64,000 bases of DNA, taken from assembly GCA_965221905.1 (NCBI GenBank), contig OZ244922.1, positions 1,088,001 through 1,152,000 on the forward strand, read 5' to 3'. Origin of the DNA: Chloroflexota bacterium (lineage in GTDB: Bacteria > Chloroflexota > UBA11872 > VXOZ01). A program made the translations under genes and the position numbers. Positions 37,982-49,582 of this stretch are shown here, piece by piece. Numbering within the stretch: the stretch's first letter is position 1; each line of letters opens with the position of its first letter. The notes under the pieces are model-generated. The model had not been told where the DNA came from and ran no database searches. It saw nothing but the letters and a program-made list of their open reading frames with translations.

Positions 37982-38959
37982 CTAGTGGTTAAGGGTTCTC
38001 TTGACGGCGTCTGCAATCTTTTCCGGACTGGGGATCACGGCTTGCTCCAATGGTTTGGAGTAAGGCATCGGCACCTCAACGCCGCCAACGCGCTCGATGG
38101 GGGCGTCCAAGTAGTCGAAGGCTTCCTCGTAGATGGTCGCGGCCACCTCGGCATTCACGCCAAAGGAGCGGTGCTCTTCTTCCGCAATGACGCACCGGTT
38201 GGTCTTTTGCACGGAGTGAACAAGGGTCTCTGCGTCCAGCGGACGTATGCTCCGCAAGTCGATGACTTCCACGCTGATATCTTCTTCGCCCAGTTGGGCC
38301 GCGGCTTGCAATGCATAGAGGACCATCCGCGAGTGCGCGATCAAGGTCACGTCAGTGCCGATACGCTTCACGTCCGCCTCGCCAAAGGGCACCGTATGCT
38401 CTCCTTCCGGCACCACGCCCTTGGTGTTGTAGAGCGCGAGATGTTCCAAGAACATTACCGGATTATCGTCTCGGATGGCAGTCTTGAGCAAACCTTTGGC
38501 GTCGGCAGGCACGGCCGGCGCCACTACCTTCAAGCCGGGTATATACGCGAACCACACGTCAAGGCTGTGCGAGTGCTGCGCCGTGAGCTGCTGACCGCCG
38601 CCACCGGGAGCGCGAATCACCATGGGGCACTTGAGTCTGCCGCCGAACATGTAGCTAATCTTGGCGGCATGGTTGGCGATCTGGTCCATCGCCACCATCC
38701 CGAAATTGATCGTCATCAATTCGACTACGGGGCGCAAACCCGTCATCGCTGCACCCGTGCCGATACCGATAAAGCCTTCCTCGGCGATCGGTGTGTCAAC
38801 GACCCGCTTTTCGCCGAAGCGGTCCAGCAGGCCCTCAGTGACTTTGTACGCGCCCTGAAAGACGCCGACCTCTTCACCCATGATGAAGACATTCGGGTCT
38901 TGGTCCATCTCTTCGATGAGGGCATCGCGGAGGGCTTCACGGTACGTCATTTCGGTCAT
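37982..38959 (-). CDS. pdhB: Pyruvate dehydrogenase E1 beta
   Basis: GEEVG..QGAYKVT.GL, DTPIAE, AQHS and IDLRS.RPLD motifs. Confidence 0.95.
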   Translation of the reverse strand: MTEMTYREALRDALIEEMDQDPNVFIMGEEVGVFQGAYKVTEGLLDRFGEKRVVDTPIAEEGFIGIGTGAAMTGLRPVVELMTINFGMVAMDQIANHAAKISYMFGGRLKCPMVIRAPGGGGQQLTAQHSHSLDVWFAYIPGLKVVAPAVPADAKGLLKTAIRDDNPVMFLEHLALYNTKGVVPEGEHTVPFGEADVKRIGTDVTLIAHSRMVLYALQAAAQLGEEDISVEVIDLRSIRPLDAETLVHSVQKTNRCVIAEEEHRSFGVNAEVAATIYEEAFDYLDAPIERVGGVEVPMPYSKPLEQAVIPSPEKIADAVKRTLNH

Positions 38960-38961
38960 GC

Positions 38962-40011
38962 CTAGGAATCCTCTGCGTACACGAATTGGTGCAGGTCGGC
39001 CACGTCAGGGAAGGGACTCTCTTCGGCAAAATCCACCGCTGCTTGCACCTTGGCAAGCACTTCCTCCTCAATGGCGTCGGCGACCTTTTGGTCGAATATC
39101 TCGCCCTCGAGCAGGCGCATACGGAAGTTCTCCACCGGGTCGCGTTCGCGCCACTCCTCAACTTCCTCTTTGCTACGATAGTTCTTGCCCGCGTCGGCCA
39201 TGGAGTGGCCGCGATAGCGATAGGTGACGCACTCGACGAAGATCGGCTCGCTCGTGCGGCGCACTTCCTCTACGAGCTTCTTTGTGAGCTGATAGACAGC
39301 AAGCACGTCCATGCCGTTTACTTTATAGCCGGGAATGTCGTAGGCCACGCCTTTCTTCCACAGCTCGGTCACCGCAGAGGCGCGCGCAACGCTGGTGCCC
39401 ATGCCGTATTGGTTGTTCGTGCAGATGAAGAGGTTCGGCAGTTTCCACAGCGAGGCCATGTTGAGCGCCTCGTGAAAAGCCCCGATGTTGGTGGCGCCGT
39501 CGCCGAAGACCGACATAACGACTTCGTTGCTTTCCCGGTACTTGATCGCGAACGCGACTCCGGTGGATAGGGGTATACTGCCACCGACGATGCCGTATCC
39601 GCCCATGAAGCGGCGATCGGGATCTACCAGGTGCATCGAGCCGCCGCGGCCTCGCGCGCAACCGTCACGTTTGCCGAATAACTCAGCCATGACGGCGCCG
39701 GCGGGTACATCACGGACGATAGCAAAGCCGTGTTCGCGATAGCTGCCGAAGAAATAGTCGTCATCTCTAAGGGCCTTGAGCGTGCCGACGACGGTGGCTT
39801 CTTCGCCGATGTTGAGATGACAGTAGCCGCCGATTTTGGCACGCAGGTACATTTCGGCCACGCGCTCTTCAAAGCGCCGCACGAATAGCATGCTTGCATA
39901 GAAATCAATGAGTTGGTCGTTGTCGTAGTTTGAAAGATCGCCAGGGTCTCGTACCGGAAGCTCCGCGTCGGTAACCTGGTCTCTTGGTTCCTGGCTTTGA
40001 TCCATTCCCAT
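38962..40011 (-). CDS. pdhA: Pyruvate dehydrogenase E1 alpha
   Basis: GYCHL.IGEEA, YREH, GRGGSMH, GDGA.N.G.FHEA.N...NN and TYRYRGHSMAD motifs. Confidence 0.95.
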   Translation of the reverse strand: MGMDQSQEPRDQVTDAELPVRDPGDLSNYDNDQLIDFYASMLFVRRFEERVAEMYLRAKIGGYCHLNIGEEATVVGTLKALRDDDYFFGSYREHGFAIVRDVPAGAVMAELFGKRDGCARGRGGSMHLVDPDRRFMGGYGIVGGSIPLSTGVAFAIKYRESNEVVMSVFGDGATNIGAFHEALNMASLWKLPNLFICTNNQYGMGTSVARASAVTELWKKGVAYDIPGYKVNGMDVLAVYQLTKKLVEEVRRTSEPIFVECVTYRYRGHSMADAGKNYRSKEEVEEWRERDPVENFRMRLLEGEIFDQKVADAIEEEVLAKVQAAVDFAEESPFPDVADLHQFVYAEDS

Positions 40012-40353
40012 GTTACCTCCTTTGGCACTGCAGGCCGGAAGCCTTACTCTAACTAATCACGTAACACACAAAAGACACCGCTTGCCACGTATCCTACTAG
40101 GGACACGTCACGCTGTGCCTCAGTTTGCTACACGATGTCAGCACATCTTTGTGCACTCTAGCGAGCGTTATGCTTCTCGATAGGCGCGTTAGCAGCACCC
40201 AACCGAACCGCACATACCACCCTTGGTATGCTACGCTCTACAATTCCCATTATACCGCAGGGAGACGAACATAGCAGGACAGGGGCTCGAAAGCCACATG
40301 CTATACTGTGCAAAAGCCCCGTCACTGCGAGATTTCCCCTATAGGGTACCCAC

Positions 40354-40833
40354 ATGTTGGCTGTGGTGCAACGCGTCAGTGAAGCGCGCGTACAAGTCGG
40401 TGAGAAGTTGATCGGAAGCATCGACCGCGGCCTGGTTGCGCTCGTTGCGGTGAAGTCAGGCGATACTGACGAGGCAGCGGCCTATATTGCGGCAAAACTT
40501 GCCACGTTACGCATCTTTGGCGATGACGTCGGTGAAGACGGCGGCAAGATGAATCTCTCCGTGCAGGACGTGGGTGGCGCTGTGCTCGTGGTCTCTCAGT
40601 TCACGCTGTACGGAGAGACGCGCAAGGGGCGCCGACCCAGTTTTACCCGATCCGCCCCGCCCGCGGAGGCTGAACCTCTGATCGAACAGGTTGCCGGCAG
40701 CTTGCGCAACCAGGGAATCCCCGTCGCTTGCGGCGAGTTCGGAGCGATGATGCAGCTATCGCTTGTCAACGACGGGCCGGTAACCATCATCCTCGATTCG
40801 GACGACCGAAACACTCCCCGCAGACAGCGATAG
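40354..40833 (+). CDS. dtd: D-aminoacyl-tRNA deacylase
   Basis: VVQRV, LRIF, SQFTL, GRRPSF and NDGPVT motifs. Confidence 0.96.
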   Translation: MLAVVQRVSEARVQVGEKLIGSIDRGLVALVAVKSGDTDEAAAYIAAKLATLRIFGDDVGEDGGKMNLSVQDVGGAVLVVSQFTLYGETRKGRRPSFTRSAPPAEAEPLIEQVAGSLRNQGIPVACGEFGAMMQLSLVNDGPVTIILDSDDRNTPRRQR

Positions 40834-40876
40834 CAGGTTTGCCGGAAAACTCGAGTCTCCGCGCAACGAATCACAA

Positions 40877-40925
40877 AGGGCGGGCGCATTCACCCAGGCT
40901 CTAAGCCGGTGAATGCGCCCGCCCT
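40877..40925. terminator. 18-bp stem hairpin between convergent dtd and rpoC
   Basis: agggcgggcgcattcacc / ggtgaatgcgcccgccct. Confidence 0.75.
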
Positions 40926-40972
40926 CTTAGCCTATTTTGGCAAACTATCTCCAGTGAGATCAGGCAGGCCGG

Positions 40973-43900
40973 CTAGACTGCGGGTTCTTCCGAGGAGCCC
41001 TCCGCTACGGGTTCGCTCGGAGCAGCCTCCGCTGCGGGCTCGCTCGGAGTAGCCTTCGCTACGGGTTCGCTCGGAGTAGCCTTCGCTACGGGTTCACTCG
41101 GAGTAGCCTTCGCTACGGGCTCGTCGCCATCGGTCCCCCCGAAGAATCGTGTGGCTTGTTCCTTCATCGTGGGGGCCGCCTTTGCCGAAGACGCGGCGAC
41201 TGCCTCCTGCCCAACTTCATCGGCGTCGCTCTCATCCGTAAAGAGGACTGCGGCAGCCTGCTCTGCAGCCTGACGTTTGCGCAACGCCGCGGCCTCTTCT
41301 CGAGCGCGAATGCCGGTGCCTGCCGGAATGAGCTTGCCGATAATGACATTTTCTTTGAGGCTCACCAAGCGGTCAACCGTGCCTTCCAGGGCGGCGTCGG
41401 TGAGGACGCGCGTGGTCTCCTGGAATGACGCTGCCGCCAGGAAGGAATCTGTTTGCAGGCTCGACTTTGTAATGCCCAGCAGCATCTGTTCAGCCGTGAC
41501 TGCCTCGCCGCCTTCCGCCAGAACGCGCTCGTTGGCCTCCTCGAACTTGAGGCGGTCCACGAGTTCCCCAGGCAGGAAGTCGGTATCGCCGGCATGTTCG
41601 ATGCGGACGCGCCGCAGCATCTGCCGTACGATAACCTCTATGTGCTTATCGTTGATGTAGACGCCCTGCGAGCGGTAGACTTTCTGCACTTCGTCCACGA
41701 GATTGCGTTGAACGGCCTCGCGTCCCAGAATGCGGAGAACGTCTTGTGGGTTCTTTGAACCCTCCGTCAGTTGATCGCCGGCACGAATCGTCTCGCCCGA
41801 TTTGACCTGCAGGTACGCAGTCAGCGGGACGCCGTACTCACGCTCTTCGGTCTCCTCGAAGTTGACGGTAACGAAGCCATCCTCAAGGCTAACCCGACCG
41901 GCCACGTGGGAGAAAAGTTCGCGCTCGACAATCTCGGCGCTATCCTTGGTGGTTTCAATTGCCTCACTCTCATCATCTGTCTCTTGGCGGGCGAGTACGT
42001 GGCCGTAGGCCACTTCATCGCCCGCCGCAACAACCAGCGTGAAGCCGTCCGGCACAGCGATACGCTCGGCAAAAGTCTGTACCGACGTGACGGTGACTTT
42101 CAAGTGATCGTCGGCCCGTTCGAGGGACACCACGCCGTCTATGTCGCTGACGGTGGCGACGCCCTTTGGCGTGCGCGCCTCGAAGAGTTCCTCTACGCGG
42201 GGCAAACCGCGGGTGATGTCCTCGGTGGCCACGCCGCCGGTGTGGAAGGTGCGCATGGTAAGCTGCGTGCCCGGCTCGCCGATGGACTGGGCAGCGATAA
42301 TGCCCACGGCAGCACCCTCCGCGACCACAGCGTTGCGGGCGAGGTCCCGCCCGTAGCACTTGGCGCAGACTCCAATCCGCGCCTGGCACGTCACGGGGCT
42401 GCGCACTTGCACGCTGTCCAATCCGGCTTCACCAATCGCTATGGCCTCTTCGTCGTCGATGAATTGACCGGCGTCCACGATGATCTCGCCGGTAACGGGG
42501 TGGATGATGGGATGAAGGGCGAAACGTCCGCTCACACGTTCGCCGAGCGAATCGGCAACGTCGCGGTCCTGCGGAGCGTGCGTTGTGATGCCAATGGCTG
42601 CGCCGCAGTCATCCTCACGAATAATCACGTCTTGTGCCACGTCTATAAGACGCCGGGTCAAGTATCCCGAGTCAGCCGTACGCAAGGCGGTATCGGCCAA
42701 GCCCTTGCGCGCGCCGTGGGTTGATATGAAATACTCCAGCACGCTCAAGCCTTCCCGGAGATTCGAGCGCACGGGCAGCGGAATGACGCGGCCTTGCGGG
42801 TCGGCCATTAGTCCGCGCATGCCCGCCAACTGCCGCACTTGCTCAAATCCGCCTTTGGCTGCGCCGGATACCGACATCATGTAGATGTTCCCGCCTTCGC
42901 TCAGGTTTACCTTCACCGCGTCGGTGACGTCGTCCTGCGCCTGTTTCCAGGTGCGAATCACCAGGTCGCGCTGCTCTTGTTCCGTGATGATCCCCCGGCG
43001 GTACTGCTGCTCGATGAGTGAGACGCGTTTTTCGGCATCGGCGAGAATCCCCATCTTCTCCTTCGGCATCTCGATGTCTGACATCGCGATTGTTGAACCG
43101 GAAATAGTGGCAAAGTGGAAACCAATCTCCTTAATGTCATCCACAAGCGTGATTGCTTGCTCCGAACCGGCCCTGCGCAAGGCGGTGTCTACCACGTCCT
43201 TCAAATTGCCCTTGTCCATGACTTCGTGTCGGAATCGGAGAGTGTGTGGCAGGATGCGGTTGAAAAGCACCTGTCCCGGCGTGGCATCATAGAGGTCGCC
43301 GTACTGGAACGGGTTATCGGGATTTTCGCTGCTATCCGGTACATCGATGGGATTGGCGCGAATCTTGATGAGCTCGCGCAGACCGACCATTCCCAATTCA
43401 TGTGCGAGCATGACTTCATCGAAGTCATTGAATACGCGCACCTTGGCATCTACGGACTCCAAATTGCCGTTACCTGCGCCGTTGGCCTGTTTCTCCACAC
43501 TAGTGAGGTAGTAGCATCCTAGGACCATGTCCTTCGTTGGGCTGACAACGGGCGAGCCGTCGGCGGGCAAGAGCAAGTTACGGGACGAGAGCATGAGGTC
43601 GTAGGCCTCTTCTCGCGCTTTACGAGAGAGGGGTACGTGCACTGCCATCTGATCGCCGTCGAAGTCGGCATTGAAGGCCTGGCAGACGAGCGGATGAAGC
43701 TGTACCGCGTTGCCTTCCACCAGCACGACCTCGAACGCCTGGATACCAAGGCGGTGCAGGGTCGGCGCGCGATTAAGCAGCACCGGATGGTTCGTGGTCA
43801 CTTCTTCCAGCGCGTCCCACACCTCGGACGCCCCGCGCTCCACCATGCGCTTTGCCATCTTTACGGTGGCGGCGTGGCCGCCATCGACCAGGGAGCGCAT

Positions 43901-45544
43901 GACGAACGGCTTGAAGAGTTCCAGCGCCATGCGCTTGGGCAGGCCGCACTGGTGCAACCGGAGGTCCGGCCCGACAACGATGACGGATCGACCGGAGTAG
44001 TCCACGCGCTTACCGAGAAGATTCTGGCGGAAGCGCCCTTGCTTACCGCGCAACAGGTCCGAGAGGCTCTTCAGCTTGTGGCCGGTGGAGCCCGCTACGG
44101 CGCGCCCGCGCCGGCCGTTGTCCACCAAGGCGTCGACTGCTTCTTGAAGCATGCGCTTCTCGTTGCGGATGATGATTTCCGGCGCGCCGAGGTCGAGCAG
44201 CTTCTTCAACCGGTTGTTGCGGTTGATAACGCGGCGGTAGAGGTCGTTGAGATCGCTGGTGGCGAAGCGTCCGCCGTCGAGCTGCACCATAGGGCGCAGG
44301 TCGGGCGGGAGCACCGGGAGTGCGGAGAGGATCATCCACTCCGGGCGGTTGCCGGAACGTCGGAACGACTCCACGATGCGCATCCGTTTGATGGCCTTTT
44401 TGCGCTTCTGGCTGGAGGTGGAGCGCACCTCGTCCCGCAGATGACTTGCCAACGCATCGAGGTCGAGGTCGCGCAAGATGTCTAGCAGTCCTTCGGCGCC
44501 CATAGCCGCCGCGAACATGCCTTCACACGTCTGTGTGAGGCGTTGGTATTGGTTCTCATCGAGGATAAGCAGCGGCTGTAGCAGCTTGAGGTCTTCCGCC
44601 TTTTGCTCTAAGAATTCCGGCAGCGCGGCAAGTTCCTTTTCCATCTGCTCCTGCGCATTGGCGATTTCGCCGTCTGTTTGCTCGCGCAGGGCCACTTGAC
44701 TCGCGGGTAAGGCAGCTTTGAGTTGATCCTGCTCGCCCTGGACGCGCTCGGCGATGCCATTAAGGTATTCGTCGCTGGCCTTTTCAAAGGTGCTCAGGTG
44801 CTTCTTCTCGACCACTTCCTCTTCGGCGACGAATGGGTCCTCCTGCCAGGGCACGATGAGATCATATTCGGCGGCGGTGGCGATCCAGTCGGCAAGCTGA
44901 TCGCGAATCTCAGTGACGTGATGCTCTTCCGCAACCGTGGCCTGCTCGATCAACTCATCTAGCTGATCATCGTCATTGGCGATAGCGTCTTCAAGGCTCT
45001 GCAGATCTACGACCAGTTTCTCTTCGACTTCTTGGATACGCTCTTGGGTGCGAGCTTCTAGCTGCGTGCGACGGTCCTTTGCTTCTTCGTCGAGGTTCTC
45101 GAGGGAGTCTTGAACGGCCTCTGCCTCAACTTTGCTAATGATGTACGCAGCAAAGTACAGTACGCGCTCGAGGTTGCGCGGCGAAATATCAAGCAACTGG
45201 CCCAGTCGGCTGGGCGTGCCTTTGAAATACCAGATGTGGCTCACTGAAGCGGCGAGCTCGATGTGCCCCATCCGCTCGCGCCGTACGCGTGAACGGGCAA
45301 CTTCCACGCCGCACTTATCGCAGATGATGCCCTTGTAGCGATAGCGCTTATACTTGCCGCAATAGCACTCGTAGTCCTTCGTCGGCCCAAAAATGCGTTC
45401 GCAAAAGAGACCGTCTCGCTCCGGCTTGAGCGTACGGTAGTTGATAGTTTCCGGTTTGGTTACCTCGCCATAGGACCAGTTTCGGATTTGCTCCGGTGAC
45501 GCTAGGCCGATGCGTAGGGCGTTGAACTCGTTAACGTCGAGCAT
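40973..45544 (-). CDS. rpoC: RNA polymerase beta' subunit
   Basis: NADFDGD, zinc-binding cysteines, KPETINYRT and [13 protein letters not shown] motifs. Confidence 0.99.
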   Translation of the reverse strand: MLDVNEFNALRIGLASPEQIRNWSYGEVTKPETINYRTLKPERDGLFCERIFGPTKDYECYCGKYKRYRYKGIICDKCGVEVARSRVRRERMGHIELAASVSHIWYFKGTPSRLGQLLDISPRNLERVLYFAAYIISKVEAEAVQDSLENLDEEAKDRRTQLEARTQERIQEVEEKLVVDLQSLEDAIANDDDQLDELIEQATVAEEHHVTEIRDQLADWIATAAEYDLIVPWQEDPFVAEEEVVEKKHLSTFEKASDEYLNGIAERVQGEQDQLKAALPASQVALREQTDGEIANAQEQMEKELAALPEFLEQKAEDLKLLQPLLILDENQYQRLTQTCEGMFAAAMGAEGLLDILRDLDLDALASHLRDEVRSTSSQKRKKAIKRMRIVESFRRSGNRPEWMILSALPVLPPDLRPMVQLDGGRFATSDLNDLYRRVINRNNRLKKLLDLGAPEIIIRNEKRMLQEAVDALVDNGRRGRAVAGSTGHKLKSLSDLLRGKQGRFRQNLLGKRVDYSGRSVIVVGPDLRLHQCGLPKRMALELFKPFVMRSLVDGGHAATVKMAKRMVERGASEVWDALEEVTTNHPVLLNRAPTLHRLGIQAFEVVLVEGNAVQLHPLVCQAFNADFDGDQMAVHVPLSRKAREEAYDLMLSSRNLLLPADGSPVVSPTKDMVLGCYYLTSVEKQANGAGNGNLESVDAKVRVFNDFDEVMLAHELGMVGLRELIKIRANPIDVPDSSENPDNPFQYGDLYDATPGQVLFNRILPHTLRFRHEVMDKGNLKDVVDTALRRAGSEQAITLVDDIKEIGFHFATISGSTIAMSDIEMPKEKMGILADAEKRVSLIEQQYRRGIITEQEQRDLVIRTWKQAQDDVTDAVKVNLSEGGNIYMMSVSGAAKGGFEQVRQLAGMRGLMADPQGRVIPLPVRSNLREGLSVLEYFISTHGARKGLADTALRTADSGYLTRRLIDVAQDVIIREDDCGAAIGITTHAPQDRDVADSLGERVSGRFALHPIIHPVTGEIIVDAGQFIDDEEAIAIGEAGLDSVQVRSPVTCQARIGVCAKCYGRDLARNAVVAEGAAVGIIAAQSIGEPGTQLTMRTFHTGGVATEDITRGLPRVEELFEARTPKGVATVSDIDGVVSLERADDHLKVTVTSVQTFAERIAVPDGFTLVVAAGDEVAYGHVLARQETDDESEAIETTKDSAEIVERELFSHVAGRVSLEDGFVTVNFEETEEREYGVPLTAYLQVKSGETIRAGDQLTEGSKNPQDVLRILGREAVQRNLVDEVQKVYRSQGVYINDKHIEVIVRQMLRRVRIEHAGDTDFLPGELVDRLKFEEANERVLAEGGEAVTAEQMLLGITKSSLQTDSFLAAASFQETTRVLTDAALEGTVDRLVSLKENVIIGKLIPAGTGIRAREEAAALRKRQAAEQAAAVLFTDESDADEVGQEAVAASSAKAAPTMKEQATRFFGGTDGDEPVAKATPSEPVAKATPSEPVAKATPSEPAAEAAPSEPVAEGSSEEPAV
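40985..41123 (-). repeat. 27-bp (9-aa EPVAKATPS) coding tandem repeat in the RpoC tail
   Basis: EPVAKATPS x3, then EPAAEAAPS and EPVAEGSSE. Confidence 0.9.
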
Positions 45545-45634
45545 AGAAAAATACGCCTCCTCATGCTGTGCTGGGATAGAAATCCGCTGGCAGCGGCGGT
45601 CTGCCGTCTGTTGGGAACAGGTTTCAGGCCTGTG

Positions 45635-48600
45635 CTACTCGTGATGCTCGCGACCTTGCAAGTTGATGCCACCCAGATCGGGTAGACCGTCCGAGTCGCC
45701 TTCTTCGGGGAATCGGATTTCTTCTTCGTTCTCATTCAAAACGTCAACTGCCAGGGCAAGACTCTGCAATTCCTTGACAAGCACCTTGAACGACTCCGGG
45801 ATGCCTGGCTGGAGCACTTCCTCCCCTTTGACGATAGCTTCGTATGTTTTGACACGGCCATGCACGTCATCAGACTTTACCGTGAGCATTTCTTGCAATG
45901 TATACGCGGCGCCGTAGGCTTCCAACGCCCACACTTCCATCTCTCCGAACCGCTGACCGCCAAACTGGGCCTTGCCGCCCAGGGGTTGTTGCGTGATCAG
46001 TGAGTAGGGGCCGGTAGAGCGCGCATGCACCTTATTCTCAACGAGATGGGCGAGCTTGAGCATGTATATCCAGCCGACCGTTACTGCTTGGTCGAAGGAT
46101 TCGCCCGTGCGCCCGTCGTAGAGCGTGGCCTTGCCGCTTTTGGGTAGGCCCGCTGTTTCTAACGCGCTTTCGATCTCGGTCTCGCTTGCGCTGTCGAAGA
46201 CCGGAACGACCGCTTGGAAGCCGAGCTCGTGGGCTGCCCAACCCAGGTGCGCTTCGAGTATTTGACCGAGGTTCATGCGCGAAGGCGCGCCCAGCGGACT
46301 AAGGACGATGTCCACCGGCGTGCCGTCGGCGAGATGCGGCATATCCTCAACGGCCATGATGCGCGCCACCACGCCTTTGTTGCCGTGGCGCCCCGCCATC
46401 TTGTCGCCCGCCATGAGCTTGCGCTTGGAGGCAACGGAGACCCGCACCATCTCATTTACGCCACTGGACAGCTCGTCGCCCATGTCCTTTGTGAAGATGT
46501 GCACGTCTACCACTTTGCCGTGCTCACCGGCCGGCATGCGCTTCGACGTGTCTTTCACGTCGCGGGCGTCCTTGCCGAAAATGGCGCGCAAGAGTCTATC
46601 CTCGCCGGTCAGGTCCGTTTCGCCCTTTGGCGTGACTTTGCCCACCAAAATGTCATCTGGGTGGACTTCCGCGCCGACGTAGATGACGCCGTTCTCGTCC
46701 ATGTTGCGCAAGGCTTCTTCGGCAACGTTGGGAATATCGCGCGTAATCTCTTCGGGTCCCAGCTTCGTGTCGCGCGCTTCGCACTCATATTTCTCCACGT
46801 GAACGGACGTGAAAAGGTCGTCTTGCACCACGCGATCGCTAAGGATGATTGCGTCCTCGTAGTTGCTCCCTTCCCAGAACATGAAGGCACAGAGCACGTT
46901 CTGCCCCAGCGCCAATTGCCCGTTGTCCGTTGAAGAACTATCCGCAAGCGGTTGACCCGCTGTTACGCGCTCGCCTTTGCGCACAATGGCGCGCTGGTTG
47001 TAGCACGTTGCCGCATTTGTCCGTTCGAACTTCTTAAGGGGATAGACGTGCTCTTGGCCGTCATCACCCAGCAGGCGGACCTCGCGGGCCGTGGCGCCGC
47101 TGATAATGCCGTCCACGTCAGCACAGAGCACTTGACCGGAGTCTTCCGCCGCTTTCCACTCCATACCGGTTGCAACCAGCGGCGCTTCCGGCTTCAGAAG
47201 CGGTACCGCTTGCCGCTGCATGTTAGCGCCCATCAAGGCGCGGTTGGCGTCGTCATGCTCCAAGAAGGGAATGAGCGAGGTGGGCACACTTACGATCTGC
47301 TTAGGCGAAACGTCCATGAAGTGGATGCGATCGGGGGCTTCTTGCAGGAACTGACCGCCGGCACGAACCGCTACGCGGTCTTCGGCGAATTCGCCCACGT
47401 CGTTTACCCGGGCATTGGCCTGAGAAACGATGTACAGATCTTCCTCATCTGCGGAGAGGTACTTCACACCGTCCGCATCAATGCTGGCAAAGGGACGCAA
47501 GGGAATCTCCGTCCCCACCAGTCCGGCTTCCTTGAGAGCCGCTGCGTCCTTCTTGGTTATCACGGTATCGGACGGAATCACAACGGTATCGCCGCTGGTA
47601 ACGTCTGCGGTCACCGTGTGGCCGATCAGGTCCGCACCGTCGCCATTGAACGTGAGGGACTTGTAGACCTGCCGGTAGGGCGTTTCAATGAAGCCGTAGT
47701 CGTTGACGCGCCCATAGCTGGCCAGGCTGCCGATCAGGCCGATGTTCGGGCCTTCAGGCGTCTCGATGGGACAAATCCGTCCGTAGTGCGAGTGGTGCAC
47801 GTCACGCACGTCGAAGCCCGCGCGGTCACGGGAGAGACCGCCCGGTCCCATCGCAGAGAGGCGGCGCTTGTGCCCCAGCTCGGAGAGCGGGTTGGTCTGG
47901 TCCATAAACTGCGAAAGCTGACTGCCGCCAAAGAACTCGCGCACGGCGGCAACCACCGGACGCGTGTTAATGAGTGCAGCCGGCGTTACCGTTGCCGGAT
48001 CTTGGAGAGTCATGCGTTCTTTAATGACACGCTCCATGCGCAGCAGGCCGATACGAAATTGGTTCTGCAGGAGTTCGCCAACCGCGCGTACCCTTCGGTT
48101 TCCCAGATGGTCGATGTCATCCGGCGGGTTTTGCGAATTGTTCAACTCGATGAGCCGCCGCACGATGTAGACGAGGTCTTCCGGCGTGAGCGTGCGTACT
48201 TCCGGCGGAGTCGGCATCTGGAGCCGCTTGTTGAGCTTGTAGCGTCCCACGCGGCCGAGGTCGTAGCGACGTCCGTTGAAGAACGTAGACTCAATGAGGT
48301 TCTTGGCGTTGTCGAGCGTTACCGGATCGCCGGGGCGGATGCGCTTGTAGACTTCGCGCAACCCGGTCTCGTGAGTGTTTGACGGGTCGCGCCGTTGCGC
48401 ACCGTCCTGTCCGCCGATGGTGGTGGTTATGTACGAGTGATCGGGATTGGTGTCAACCTCGCGGAAGAGTTCGTGTATCTCGGTGTCCGACCCGTAGCCG
48501 ACGGCGCGCAGGAGCGCCGTAACGGGAATAGTGCGTCGCTTATCTACCTTGACAGTCAGGATGTCCTTTGCGCTGGTTTCGAATTCCAGCCAGGCCCCGC

Positions 48601-49096
48601 GATTCGGAATCAGCTTGGCGCTGTAGAGAAAGCGGCTGCCGGAAGGGTCTTCCCTTCGGGTATAGTACACACCCGGCGAACGGACCAATTGGCTGACTAC
48701 CACGCGCTCCGTGCCGTTATAGATGAATGTGCCGGACGTGCTCATGAGCGGAAAGTCGCCCATGAAGACCGTCATCTCTTTGATCTCGCCGGTCTGCTTG
48801 ATGAGAAGCTTCGCCCGCACCCGGAGCGGCGATTGATACGTCAGATCACGTTTGCGACATTCAGTCTCGTCGTAGGGAGGTCTGTCGAATGGGTTTTCCG
48901 GCACCTCGAAACTTAGTTCGAAGTTCCTGCCGGTGAAGTCTTCGATGGGGGAAATCTCATTGAAGACCTCGCGCAGCCCATTGGTCTGGAACCAGCGGAA
49001 GGACCGCATCTGCAGTTCTATAAGGTCAGGTAGCGGTAATATCTCCGGCAACTTGCCATAATTGATCTGTTGCAATGCGTTACCGCTTATGGCCAT
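45635..49096 (-). CDS. rpoB: RNA polymerase beta subunit
   Basis: [35 protein letters not shown] and [11 protein letters not shown] motifs. Confidence 0.99.
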   Translation of the reverse strand: MAISGNALQQINYGKLPEILPLPDLIELQMRSFRWFQTNGLREVFNEISPIEDFTGRNFELSFEVPENPFDRPPYDETECRKRDLTYQSPLRVRAKLLIKQTGEIKEMTVFMGDFPLMSTSGTFIYNGTERVVVSQLVRSPGVYYTRREDPSGSRFLYSAKLIPNRGAWLEFETSAKDILTVKVDKRRTIPVTALLRAVGYGSDTEIHELFREVDTNPDHSYITTTIGGQDGAQRRDPSNTHETGLREVYKRIRPGDPVTLDNAKNLIESTFFNGRRYDLGRVGRYKLNKRLQMPTPPEVRTLTPEDLVYIVRRLIELNNSQNPPDDIDHLGNRRVRAVGELLQNQFRIGLLRMERVIKERMTLQDPATVTPAALINTRPVVAAVREFFGGSQLSQFMDQTNPLSELGHKRRLSAMGPGGLSRDRAGFDVRDVHHSHYGRICPIETPEGPNIGLIGSLASYGRVNDYGFIETPYRQVYKSLTFNGDGADLIGHTVTADVTSGDTVVIPSDTVITKKDAAALKEAGLVGTEIPLRPFASIDADGVKYLSADEEDLYIVSQANARVNDVGEFAEDRVAVRAGGQFLQEAPDRIHFMDVSPKQIVSVPTSLIPFLEHDDANRALMGANMQRQAVPLLKPEAPLVATGMEWKAAEDSGQVLCADVDGIISGATAREVRLLGDDGQEHVYPLKKFERTNAATCYNQRAIVRKGERVTAGQPLADSSSTDNGQLALGQNVLCAFMFWEGSNYEDAIILSDRVVQDDLFTSVHVEKYECEARDTKLGPEEITRDIPNVAEEALRNMDENGVIYVGAEVHPDDILVGKVTPKGETDLTGEDRLLRAIFGKDARDVKDTSKRMPAGEHGKVVDVHIFTKDMGDELSSGVNEMVRVSVASKRKLMAGDKMAGRHGNKGVVARIMAVEDMPHLADGTPVDIVLSPLGAPSRMNLGQILEAHLGWAAHELGFQAVVPVFDSASETEIESALETAGLPKSGKATLYDGRTGESFDQAVTVGWIYMLKLAHLVENKVHARSTGPYSLITQQPLGGKAQFGGQRFGEMEVWALEAYGAAYTLQEMLTVKSDDVHGRVKTYEAIVKGEEVLQPGIPESFKVLVKELQSLALAVDVLNENEEEIRFPEEGDSDGLPDLGGINLQGREHHE

Positions 49097-49582
49097 AGTT
49101 TCTTTCCTCTCTCGACATTAGGGAGTCTGCCCACGGCGACTATTGCGCCAAGGTACAGTATTTCCATAGTAACAGCTTGTGTCTGCGGGAACAACATTAC
49201 GGTAGGGGCCTTAGATGCTCGCAATATGGTGGGTAAAGAAAACATGATCCTACCCGTCACTCCGCGTATGAGGAAATCCCTCTACTTTTCTTTCCAAGTC
49301 GCCCGCTGCCGCGGCTGTGGCAAGACTTGTGGTCATTGCCTATTATCCAATTGTACAATGCCGTACCCATTCGGCATCCTGACCGGCTCTCTTGTTTTTC
49401 TCCATGATCTGTAATCTCGGTCAAAGTCGATGCCGCCCAGTTGCCGTTGAGGGCGGACTGAAGTCCTAGATTTCTCGCTGCGCCCGGAGTTACAAGATCG
49501 AGCAACAGTAAAACGGCATGAGATGGGCAATTGATGAATGCGGTCCTGTGAGCACGTGCGCATTGGCGGCAGCGCTTTCCAG

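Noticed and set aside
46952-48382. Long antisense ORFs (also 37985-38965, 52956-54623, 57663-59021, 59626-60918)
   Set aside because: These are shadow frames of GC-rich, codon-biased genes on the opposite strand, with no recognisable motifs.
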